The notes under the pieces: model-generated
What the model saw: the letters and a program-made list of their open reading frames with translations, nothing else
Told to the model about the DNA's origin: nothing
Database searches by the model: none
In this document: one piece after another, positions 24,312 through 31,759 of the stretch
How the letters are laid out: each line of letters begins with the position of its first letter
How positions within the stretch are numbered: the first letter of the stretch is position 1
Assembly: GCA_943370175.1 (NCBI GenBank)
Contig: CALRPU020000010.1
Coordinates: 61,984-93,983 of the forward strand
DNA length: 32,000 bases
Source of the DNA: Hydrogenophaga intermedia
GTDB lineage: Bacteria; Pseudomonadota; Gammaproteobacteria; Burkholderiales; Burkholderiaceae_C
Reading direction: 5' to 3'
Made by a program: the position numbers and the translations under genes

Positions 24312-24463
24312 GAGAGGGTCACTCGGCACGCCTCGGGGCAAACCCCCGGGCAAACCCGAGTGTCCCGTGTCAGCGAAAGCGCGTTCATGGTTCACCAGCG
24401 GTCACCGCAAGGCCGACCCCCAGCGCTCTTTCTCTGGCACTCATTTTTGGATTGAGATTTCCC

Positions 24464-24862
24464 ATGCTGTTGCACACGTTCCTGAAAGCGTCCCTGGTTC
24501 TGGCTGCGGCCGGACTGACCGTGTCCCACGCCGCCGCGCAGGACAAGCTCTACACCGTCCAAGAGGGCTACAAGGTCGACGCGAACACCATGAAAGGCTT
24601 TCGCACCTGGCGCGCCGCGGCCTGCGACCGTTGTCACGGCGCCAACCAGGAAGGCATGGTCGGCCCCTCGCTCGTGGCGAGCCTGAAGACCTTGACCAAG
24701 GACGAATTCGTCAAGGTGGTCAAGGAAGGTCGCCTGGACAAGGGCATGCAAAGCTTTGGCACCAGCCCCCAGGTGATGGAGAACATGGACGCGCTGTACG
24801 CCTACCTGAAGGGCCGCTCCGACGGCGCCATCACCCGCGCCAAGGTGGAAGAGATCAAATGA
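24464..24862 (+). CDS. xoxG: Exported mono-haem c-type cytochrome (XoxG / PedF c550-like electron acceptor)
   Basis: A signal peptide (MLLHTFLKASLVLAAAGLTVSHAAA) and a single CDRCH haem-binding motif are present. The gene sits between xoxF and xoxJ. I chose the ATG at 24464, inside track ORF 24284..24862. At 132 aa it is shorter than classical cytochrome cL. Confidence 0.75.
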   Translation: MLLHTFLKASLVLAAAGLTVSHAAAQDKLYTVQEGYKVDANTMKGFRTWRAAACDRCHGANQEGMVGPSLVASLKTLTKDEFVKVVKEGRLDKGMQSFGTSPQVMENMDALYAYLKGRSDGAITRAKVEEIK

Positions 24863-25788
24863 CGCGCGTGCACCGGCCGGGGGGCGCAGTCATCCCTGGC
24901 GGCCGCGGGCAGGCCGACCGTCGTTGGGCCGTGGCGCTGGGCGCCGGCGTGGTGGTGGCGGGTCTGTTGACGGGTGTGACGCCGGCGAAGGCGCAGCAGG
25001 ATGCCCCGGCCGAACGCAAGGCCCTGAAGGTCTGCCAGGACCCGAACAACCTGCCGTTCTCCAACACCAAGGGCGAGGGCATCGAGAACAAGATCGCCGA
25101 GGTGTTTGGCAAGGCGATGGGTCTGCCCGTCACGTACTACTCGTTCCCGCAGCGACTGGCCTTCATCCGCAACACCTTGCGCTTCAAGGTGCCCGGCTCG
25201 GATTACCCCTGCGACATCGTCATGGGCGTGCCGGTGGGTTTCGACCAGGTGTCGGTCACCAAGCCGTACTACCGGTCGACCTATGCGATGGTCATCGCCA
25301 AGACCGGTCCGCTGGCCAAGGTGACCACCATCGACGACCTGCTGAAGCTCGACCCGGCGGTGCTCAAGGCCCTGCGCATCGGCATCTACGACCGCTCGCC
25401 GGGCTCCGACTGGCTGGTCAAGCGCGGGTTGGTGGAGCAGGGCGTGCCCTACCAGACCATGAACGCCGACCCCGAGCAATACCCGGGCGACATCATCGAA
25501 CGCGACCTCGCGGCCGGCAAGCTGGACGCCGCCATCGTGTGGGGGCCGATCGGCGGGTTCTTTGCCAAGCGGGTCACCGCGCGTCCGCTGGCGGTGCTGC
25601 CGATGAAGTCCGAGCCGGGCATCAAGTTCGACTTCCAGATGGCCATGGGCGTGCGCTATGGCGAGCGCGAATGGAAGCAGAAGATCGAGGACCTGCTGGT
25701 CAGTGAACGTCCCGCCATCCAGGCCATCCTGCGGGAGTACGGCGTGCCGCTGGTGGACGACGCTGGCAACGTGTTGCGGCCCGACTGA
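24859..25788 (+). CDS. xoxJ: Quinoprotein dehydrogenase-associated periplasmic substrate-binding-like protein (XoxJ/MoxJ family)
   Basis: LKVCQDPNNLPFSN..GEGIENKIAEVF...DIVMGVP...YYRSTYAMV is the MoxJ/XoxJ pattern. The start forms an ATGA overlap with the cytochrome gene, and a signal-like N-terminus is present. Confidence 0.8.
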   Translation: MTRVHRPGGAVIPGGRGQADRRWAVALGAGVVVAGLLTGVTPAKAQQDAPAERKALKVCQDPNNLPFSNTKGEGIENKIAEVFGKAMGLPVTYYSFPQRLAFIRNTLRFKVPGSDYPCDIVMGVPVGFDQVSVTKPYYRSTYAMVIAKTGPLAKVTTIDDLLKLDPAVLKALRIGIYDRSPGSDWLVKRGLVEQGVPYQTMNADPEQYPGDIIERDLAAGKLDAAIVWGPIGGFFAKRVTARPLAVLPMKSEPGIKFDFQMAMGVRYGEREWKQKIEDLLVSERPAIQAILREYGVPLVDDAGNVLRPD

Positions 25789-25827
25789 GCGAGCCCAGCC
25801 CCCTTTGCCTTTCACCCGAGGTCTGCA

Positions 25828-26862
25828 GTGAAGTTGCTGCTGGCGTTCGTCCTGTCTGCCCTGGGCCTGTTTCTGCCCGGCGCCGCGCGCGCGGCCACCC
25901 CTGCCACGATGGACCGCGCGGCCTTTGTCGCGTTGAGTTCCAGCGTGCTGAAGATCGAGGTGGTTCGCCAGCAGGGCGGCTATTCGCTGGGCTCCGGCGT
26001 GGTGGTCGCCCCCGAGCGTGTGGTGACCAACTGCCACGTCACCCGAGACGCCCGAACCATCACAGTGCTGCGCCACGGCCAGCGCTGGCCCGCGCAGGCG
26101 CAGTCGGTGGACGCGCGCCATGACCTGTGCCTGCTCGATGTGCCTGGCATCCGCGACGGCGTGGTACCGCGCGGCAGCAGCGCCAGCCTGTTGACCACGC
26201 AGGCGGTGCACGCCATCGGCTACACCGGCGGCATGGGCATCCAGAGCAGCGAGGGCGAAGTGGTGGCGCTGCACACGATGGACGACGCCAACGTGGTTCA
26301 GAGCACCAACTGGTTCAGCTCCGGCGCCAGTGGCGGTGGCCTGTTCGACGACGAACTGAAGCTGGTCGGCATCCTGACCTTCCGGATGCGTGGCGGCGAG
26401 GCGCATTATTTTTCGGCGCCGGTCGACTGGGTTGCGCCGATGTTGGCCGCCGACGCCGCGTTCCGACCGGTCGCGCCCCTGGCCGCGGCGGAACTGGCCT
26501 TCTGGCAGCAGCCGCTGGACGCGCAGCCGGAGTTTCTGCAGGCCGCCACGCTCAGCCGAGACCGCCAGTGGCCCCAGCTCAAGGCCCTGGCGCAACGCTG
26601 GCTGGGCAAGGCCCAGCGCGAGCCGCAGGCCTGGTTCGCGCAGGGCCAGGCCGACGAGGGGCTGGCCAGCACGCGGGAAGCCTTGCAGTCCTACGAACGC
26701 AGCGTCAAGCTGGAACCCCGTTTCGCCGCCGCCTGGCTGCGCCTGGGCCTGTTGCGGGCCCAGCTGGGCATGGCCGCCGCGGCCGGCGAGGCACTGGCCG
26801 TGCTGGAGACCCTCAACACCGATTTGGCGCGTCAATTGGCGCAAAGGCTGAACCGGCCCTGA
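25828..26862 (+). CDS. Exported trypsin-like (S1) serine protease fused to C-terminal TPR repeats
   Basis: A signal peptide MKLLLAFVLSALGLFLPGAARA is present. The catalytic triad context is TNCHV (His), RHDLCLLDV (Asp) and SGASGGGLFD (Ser). The C-terminal ~100 aa are TPR-like (AWFAQGQADEGL...YERSVKLEPRFAAAWLRLGLL). The start is a GTG with a GAGG RBS. Confidence 0.75.
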   Translation: MKLLLAFVLSALGLFLPGAARAATPATMDRAAFVALSSSVLKIEVVRQQGGYSLGSGVVVAPERVVTNCHVTRDARTITVLRHGQRWPAQAQSVDARHDLCLLDVPGIRDGVVPRGSSASLLTTQAVHAIGYTGGMGIQSSEGEVVALHTMDDANVVQSTNWFSSGASGGGLFDDELKLVGILTFRMRGGEAHYFSAPVDWVAPMLAADAAFRPVAPLAAAELAFWQQPLDAQPEFLQAATLSRDRQWPQLKALAQRWLGKAQREPQAWFAQGQADEGLASTREALQSYERSVKLEPRFAAAWLRLGLLRAQLGMAAAAGEALAVLETLNTDLARQLAQRLNRP

Positions 26863-26919
26863 GCCTTGCGCGCGCAGGGCCTGCGCGGCTGGTCGCTCAC
26901 TCACCCCACCGGACTCCCG

Positions 26920-27681
26920 ATGACCCTGAACCTTCCTTTCGCGATCGGCCGCGCCTTGGCAATGAGCGCGGCGTTGTGCGCCGGTGCCGTTGCCCAGGCC
27001 CAGCCCCAGGCGGCGCCCCCGCCGGGCACCGACCTGCCCGGCCAGAACGTGCAGAACAAGCAGGACTACTCCGCGGCCGAGCGGCTGCTGTTCATGGGCG
27101 ACGCGATGACGCGGTTGAAAGCGCCCACGACCCTGAGCTACAGCTTTCGCAAGTCAGGCACCCTCGAAGAGTCCTTCGAGGACAAAGTCAGCATCCGCTA
27201 CTTCAAGCCGGGCAAGGGCAAGTGCTGCTCGGTGAGCGGCCAGTTTCTCAGCGGCGCCCGCAAAGTGGAGTTGCCGGAGGTGGAGGGTGCCGAAGCCAAC
27301 CCGGTGCTGCTGTACTTCCTGGAACACGACGTCCGTGAGATGCAGCGCTTGACCAAGGGCGCACCGAATTACTACCGCAAGCGCATCCGGCTCGCGGCCT
27401 ATGAATCGGCCCGCATCAGTGAGGTGCAGCTGAGCTACAAGGGCAAGTCGGTCAAGGGACAGCAGGTCGAGCTCCAGCCCTACGAGGGCGACCCGGCGCG
27501 CAGCCGCTTCGAAAAGCACGCCCGCAAGACCTACCAGTTCCTGCTGTCCGATGCCGTCCCCGGTGGCGTCTTTGGCCTGCGCACCGTGATGCGCGCCGAA
27601 GCCGCCGATGCCCCGCCCATGATCGTCGAGGAACTGTTCATCGACGGCGCCGACGCGCCCAAGAACAGCGCTGCGAGCTGA
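26920..27681 (+). CDS. Exported hypothetical protein (253 aa) with a single vicinal Cys-Cys pair; no family recognised
   Basis: A signal peptide (MTLNLPFAIGRALAMSAALCAGAVAQA) is followed by a balanced, K/E/Y/F-containing composition, unlike the Arg/Pro-rich antisense ORFs. The only mature-region cysteines are in KGKCCSVSG. The ATG at 26920 has a weak RBS. Confidence 0.6.
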   Translation: MTLNLPFAIGRALAMSAALCAGAVAQAQPQAAPPPGTDLPGQNVQNKQDYSAAERLLFMGDAMTRLKAPTTLSYSFRKSGTLEESFEDKVSIRYFKPGKGKCCSVSGQFLSGARKVELPEVEGAEANPVLLYFLEHDVREMQRLTKGAPNYYRKRIRLAAYESARISEVQLSYKGKSVKGQQVELQPYEGDPARSRFEKHARKTYQFLLSDAVPGGVFGLRTVMRAEAADAPPMIVEELFIDGADAPKNSAAS

Positions 27682-27694
27682 TCGGAGAACCGCC

Positions 27695-28096
27695 ATGCCC
27701 TTGCCCAAGCTGATTCCATCCCGCTTTGCCATCGCCCTGCGCACCGCGGTGCTGCTGGCCGCCAGCGCGTGTGCTGCCAGCGCGCACGCCGACCTGCCGG
27801 CCCACAACTACCCGACCATCGACCGCGTTCGCTTCGTCATGGAATGCATGCGCGACCACCCAGGCTCGGCCTACGAGATGACCAACAAGTGCTCGTGCGC
27901 CTTGGACCGCATCGCCGACAAGATGACCTACGACGAGTACGTCATGGGTTCGACTGCCCTGAACGCGAACAGCATCGGCGGTGAGCGGGGGTCCTACATC
28001 CGCGACGCCGAGTCCTTGCAAAACGAGATCAAGCGCTACCGGTCCTTGTTGAGCGACAGCAAGAAAGCCTGCTTCATCAATTCCGCCCCACGCTGA
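27695..28096 (+). CDS. Small exported hypothetical protein (133 aa) with four cysteines; no family recognised
   Basis: A GGAGA RBS and a signal peptide (...LLAASACAASAHA) are present. The mature part contains ECM, KCSC and ACF cysteines. Its stop abuts the ATG of the MBL gene. Confidence 0.6.
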   Translation: MPLPKLIPSRFAIALRTAVLLAASACAASAHADLPAHNYPTIDRVRFVMECMRDHPGSAYEMTNKCSCALDRIADKMTYDEYVMGSTALNANSIGGERGSYIRDAESLQNEIKRYRSLLSDSKKACFINSAPR

Positions 28097-28132
28097 ATGC
28101 GGCGTGCCATGCGGCTGCCCATGCGGCTGCGC
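28097..28132 (+). repeat. Three tandem 12-mers ATGCGGCGTGCC / ATGCGGCTGCCC / ATGCGGCTGCGC at the 5' end of the MBL gene
   Basis: Read directly from the sequence. They create three in-frame ATG codons 12 nt apart, encoding MRRA-MRLP-MRLR. Confidence 0.85.
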
Positions 28133-29146
28133 AGGCGCTTGCTGGCGGCTTGGGGCGTTGCCACGCGCCTGGGCCGGCCGACCTGGGCGCTGTCGGCTGC
28201 CTTGGCCCTGAGTTGGGCTGCGCTGTGCGCTGACGCGGTGGCGGGCCAAGGGCTTGCCGCAGTTGATTCGCCAGCGCCCCTGGCGCTGGCCCTGATCGCG
28301 CCCGGCGTGTACCTGCACCAGGGCCCGGTGGCCGAATGGGCCGAGGCCGCCCGGGACGACGTGGCCAACCTGGGGGTCGTGGTGGGCGAGCACTGCGTGG
28401 CCGTGATCGACAGCGGTGGCAGCCCGGCCATGGGTCAGCGCTTGCGCGCGGCATTGCGCCGGCTGACGCCGCTGCCGGTGTGCCACGTGATCACCACCCA
28501 TGCCCACCCGGACCACCTGTTCGGCCGAGCGGCCTTCCGCGGCAGCGGCCCCGACGGCGCCGACCCGGCGTTCGTCGTGCATGCCCGCTTTGACGCCGCG
28601 TTGGCGGCCCGCGCCCCGCGCTTTCTGACCCGCCTGCAGCAGCAGATCGACCCGGCGGCCACGGCCGATGCCCTGCTGCTGCCCGCAAGCACCCCCGTGG
28701 CCGACCAGCGACGCATCGACCTGGGCGGCCGCAGCCTGTTGATTCAAGCGTGGCCCACGGCCCACACCGACAACGACCTCAGCGTGCTGGACGAGGCCAC
28801 CGGCACCGCCTTCCTGGGTGACCTGTGGTTCGTTGGCCACCTGCCCGTGGTCGATGGTTCGCTGCGCGGCTGGGTGAGCGCGATGGACCGGCTCGCGGCC
28901 CAGGGCCTCCGGCTGGCCGTGCCCGGCCACGGGGCGCCGTCGAGCGCCTGGCCCGCGGCCGCTTCGGCCCAGCAGGCTTACCTGCGGCGCCTGCTGGCCG
29001 AGACGCGCGCCGCCCTGAAGCGCGGCTGGACCCTGCGCCAGACCGTGGAGGCCATCGCGCTGACCGAGCCGGGGTGGCAGCTGGGCGAGGCCTTCCACCG
29101 CCGCAACGTCACCGCGGCCTACGCCGAACTGGAGTGGGAGGACTGA
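28097..29146 (+). CDS. Exported metallo-beta-lactamase-fold zinc hydrolase (quinoprotein relay system zinc metallohydrolase type)
   Basis: The metal motif is ITTHAHPDHLFG (HxHxDH), with later AHTDND and VPGHG ligand contexts. The N-terminal signal is Arg-rich. The gene lies downstream of xoxFGJ. Confidence 0.8.
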   Translation: MRRAMRLPMRLRRRLLAAWGVATRLGRPTWALSAALALSWAALCADAVAGQGLAAVDSPAPLALALIAPGVYLHQGPVAEWAEAARDDVANLGVVVGEHCVAVIDSGGSPAMGQRLRAALRRLTPLPVCHVITTHAHPDHLFGRAAFRGSGPDGADPAFVVHARFDAALAARAPRFLTRLQQQIDPAATADALLLPASTPVADQRRIDLGGRSLLIQAWPTAHTDNDLSVLDEATGTAFLGDLWFVGHLPVVDGSLRGWVSAMDRLAAQGLRLAVPGHGAPSSAWPAAASAQQAYLRRLLAETRAALKRGWTLRQTVEAIALTEPGWQLGEAFHRRNVTAAYAELEWED

Positions 29147-30150
29147 CGCCGCAGCGCGCGCCGCCCGGCGGCGGCCATCGCGGCCAGGGGCTCGACCAGC
29201 AACAGCAGCAGGGCCAGGCCAGCGAGCAGGGGCCGCACGTCCAGGTGAGCCGCCAGCGGCTTGGCCAGGGTCGGCGACATCAGCGCCGTGTTCAATCCGG
29301 CGGCGTCTTGCAGGTGCAGGTAGGCCAGGCCGGTGTCCTTGGCCAGGATGCGCAGGTAGGCCTCGCGCAGGGCCGACAGGTGCTCGCTGCCTGGCGTGGC
29401 CCCGGGCAGGCCGGCGACCGGGCCGCTGTCGTCCTCGACCATGCGCTCGCCGCCCAGGCTGCCGCCGCGGCCCTGGCTGCGCGGGTCGGTCTGCATGACC
29501 TCGTCGGCCCGCCAGACGCCCATCGGCCGGCCGCTGGGATCGACCTTCGGGATCGGCGAGGGCGTGAGTTCGCCCACCCCGACGATCAGCCCGCTGACCT
29601 CGCCCGCCTTGCCGTTGAATTGGGGTCGGTGCCGCGGGTTGACCGGCGGTGCTTCCTGGCCGTCCGTGACGAAGACCAGCGATGGCGACTCGGGCAGTGC
29701 CTTCGCGATGCCGATGCCGCTGAAGATGCCCTTGGCGATCTCGCTGTTGCCGGTCCAGGCCATGCGGCCGTCGATGTGGTCGAGCGTGCTGCGCAGCTCG
29801 CTGAGGTTGGCGCACACCTCGACGGGCGCGAACAGCAGGAAGGAGCGGTACTCGGTGAACAGCCCCCAGCCCACTTTCGACCCGCACGGCAGGGCCAGCA
29901 AGGCGTCGCGCAGCAGCTGCTTGGCCAGGCCCAGGCGTGAGATCGGCTTGCCCTGCCACTGCTGGTCGGCCACGCCCATGCTCTGGGTCACGTCCAGCAC
30001 GATCACATGGTCGACCAGGGGCCGCGGCATGGGCCAGCGCGGCTGGAACAGGCAGGCCAGCAGCAGCGCGGCGGCGGCCATCAGGCGCAGGCGCTGGGCC
30101 GGCGGGCGCCAGCCGGGCAGCGTCCGTTGTGCGGACCGGCCGACCGTCAT
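29119..30150 (-). CDS. von Willebrand factor A domain protein, MxaL-like
   Basis: HVIVLDVTQSMG...GNSEIAKG...LVFVTDGQE is the VWA MIDAS context. N- and C-terminal hydrophobic segments are present. It is the last gene of a C-K-L-like series, and its start forms an ATGA overlap with the upstream gene. Confidence 0.65.
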   Translation of the reverse strand: MTVGRSAQRTLPGWRPPAQRLRLMAAAALLLACLFQPRWPMPRPLVDHVIVLDVTQSMGVADQQWQGKPISRLGLAKQLLRDALLALPCGSKVGWGLFTEYRSFLLFAPVEVCANLSELRSTLDHIDGRMAWTGNSEIAKGIFSGIGIAKALPESPSLVFVTDGQEAPPVNPRHRPQFNGKAGEVSGLIVGVGELTPSPIPKVDPSGRPMGVWRADEVMQTDPRSQGRGGSLGGERMVEDDSGPVAGLPGATPGSEHLSALREAYLRILAKDTGLAYLHLQDAAGLNTALMSPTLAKPLAAHLDVRPLLAGLALLLLLVEPLAAMAAAGRRALRRQSSHSSSA

Positions 30151-30704
30151 GGCAGGCCGGGCGACACGCCGCGCATCGTGGTGGCGGCGCGCTCGGCCGC
30201 CTCGGGGGTGCCCCCGGGGTCCTGGTCCTGGTCGTCGGGGTCGGGCAACAGGCGCTGAGCCCGCTCCAGGTTGTAGCGGGCGTCCCAGTGCCCGGGGTGC
30301 TCGCGCAGCACCTCGCGGTAGATCTCCTTGGCCAGCTCGATCAACGGGATGGCCTGGCCGGGCTGCTGCCCGCTGCGCAAGTCGGTGGCCTGCTGCAACA
30401 GCACCGTGGCGGCGTTGTAGCGGGCCGCCTGACCCAGCCGGGCGTCACCCTGAAGCGCGCGGTAAAGCTTCAGCGCCGGCTCGAGCTGCCCGTCCGCGGC
30501 CAGCGCGTGGGCGTGGGCAAAGCGCAGGGCGGGCGGTTGGTCGTCCAGCGCGGCCACGCGCTCAGGGGGCAGGGCAGGCGCTGCGATCAGCGCATTCAGC
30601 GCGCGGGCGCGCTGCAGCTGCACCGCATCCCAGCCGGCCAGGGCCCCCAGCACGGCCAGCGCCCCCAGCACCGCGCGGGTGCGACCACGGGTGGCCAGGG
30701 TCAT
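30147..30704 (-). CDS. TPR-like membrane-anchored protein, MxaK-like
   Basis: The 185-aa product from the ATG at 30704 begins MTLATRGRTRAVLGALAVLGALAGW... (TM anchor) and continues with TPR-like helices (LKLYRALQGDARLGQAARYNAATVLLQQA...). ATGA overlaps occur on both sides. The track ORF 30147..31748 is over-extended. Confidence 0.55.
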   Translation of the reverse strand: MTLATRGRTRAVLGALAVLGALAGWDAVQLQRARALNALIAAPALPPERVAALDDQPPALRFAHAHALAADGQLEPALKLYRALQGDARLGQAARYNAATVLLQQATDLRSGQQPGQAIPLIELAKEIYREVLREHPGHWDARYNLERAQRLLPDPDDQDQDPGGTPEAAERAATTMRGVSPGLP

Positions 30705-31759
30705 CGGCGCAGCTCCAGCAGGTTGGCCGCCAGCAGCAGCAGCACGCAGGCCAGGGCCAGGCCGTAACCCCAGGCGGCCAGTTCGCGGCGAGGCACGGTG
30801 TCGGTGTAGGTGATGGGCAGGTTCTCCAGTCGGTTCACGTCGTCGATGGCGGTCTTCAGGGCCTCGGTGTTCTCGGCCTCGTAGGCCCGGTAGGGCACGC
30901 CCAGCGATTGGAAGTAGCGGTGCAGGAAATACTCGGGCACGGTGTCGCGTTGCGCCGGGGCGTCGCTGGCGTCGGCCATCAAGCCGGGGCTGGAGGAGCT
31001 GCGGATGTAGATCCAGTACAGCGACACGCGGTGGCGCTTGACCAGCCGCGCCACACGCTCCTGCACGTCGGGGTCGATGTGGTCGCCGCCATCGGACACC
31101 AGCATGACGATGCGGCTGCCGGTGTAGGGGCGGCCCTCGAAGGTGTCCAGCGCCGACTGCAGCGCCAGGCCGATGTCGGTTTCCGACAAGCCGCGGCCGA
31201 TGTTGCCGGCGGTGATCGCGGCCTGGATGACCTCGGCCTTCTGCGTGAAATCGAGGATGCGCATGGGCAAGGTGCTGAAGGCCACCATCGCGAAGCGGTC
31301 GGCCGGGCGTTTGGCTGCGAACTCCCCCAGCAGCTGCCGCGCAACCTGGCCTTTGGAGTTCTGGTTGCGGCGCTGTTGCAGGCTCAGGTAGTAGGTCAGC
31401 GCCTCGGGCCCCGTGCCTTTGGGCGCGTCGGCCCGGCCGGCGCCGGCGAACCCTTGGTCCATGCTGCGGCTGCGGTCCAGCACCAGCACGATTTCCGCCC
31501 CAGTGCCCGTGCGCTCCACCAGGATTTCGGGCCGGTGCGGCCCGGCCAGCGCCAGCACCAGCGCGGCGCAGGCGATCACGGCGGCCGCGCGCAAGGCCGT
31601 GGCCAGTGCATCGGACACCGCGTCCGCGGGCAGCAGGCCCAGCCAGGAATGCGCCAGGCCGTCGGACCGGCGGGGCAGCAGGGGCAGCAGGGCGAGTGGC
31701 AACAGCAGCAGCACGGCCGGGTGCTCGAAGCCCAGCAGGCCGGCCCACGGCGTGATCAT
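30701..31759 (-). CDS. von Willebrand factor A domain membrane protein, MxaC-like (BatA-type)
   Basis: The N-terminal TM region begins MITPWAGLLGFEHPAVLLLLPLALLPLL. The VWA MIDAS context is IVLVLDRSRSMD...MLVSDGGD, and a C-terminal TM segment is present. I chose the ATG at 31759, which forms an ATGA overlap with the upstream gene. Confidence 0.7.
   Translation of the reverse strand: MITPWAGLLGFEHPAVLLLLPLALLPLLPRRSDGLAHSWLGLLPADAVSDALATALRAAAVIACAALVLALAGPHRPEILVERTGTGAEIVLVLDRSRSMDQGFAGAGRADAPKGTGPEALTYYLSLQQRRNQNSKGQVARQLLGEFAAKRPADRFAMVAFSTLPMRILDFTQKAEVIQAAITAGNIGRGLSETDIGLALQSALDTFEGRPYTGSRIVMLVSDGGDHIDPDVQERVARLVKRHRVSLYWIYIRSSSSPGLMADASDAPAQRDTVPEYFLHRYFQSLGVPYRAYEAENTEALKTAIDDVNRLENLPITYTDTVPRRELAAWGYGLALACVLLLLAANLLELRR

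Noticed and set aside
22443-24395. 650-aa minus-strand ORF spanning all of xoxF
   Set aside because: It is antisense to an unmistakable XoxF. The product is Arg/Gly/Val/His-rich junk. The absence of stops is explained by xoxF avoiding the TTA, CTA and TCA codons.
24435-24450. TGGCAC-TCATT-TTTGG just upstream of the cytochrome gene
   Set aside because: The -12 element lacks GC, and the motif ends only ~14 nt before the ATG at 24464. This leaves no room for the transcription start plus the RBS region, so it is probably fortuitous.
21673-24463. Lower GC content of the fae-xoxF region, considered as a sign of horizontal acquisition
   Set aside because: Both genes are typically very highly expressed. 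Their strong codon bias and strong RBSs explain the compositional shift, and no mobility genes, repeats or tRNA flank the region.
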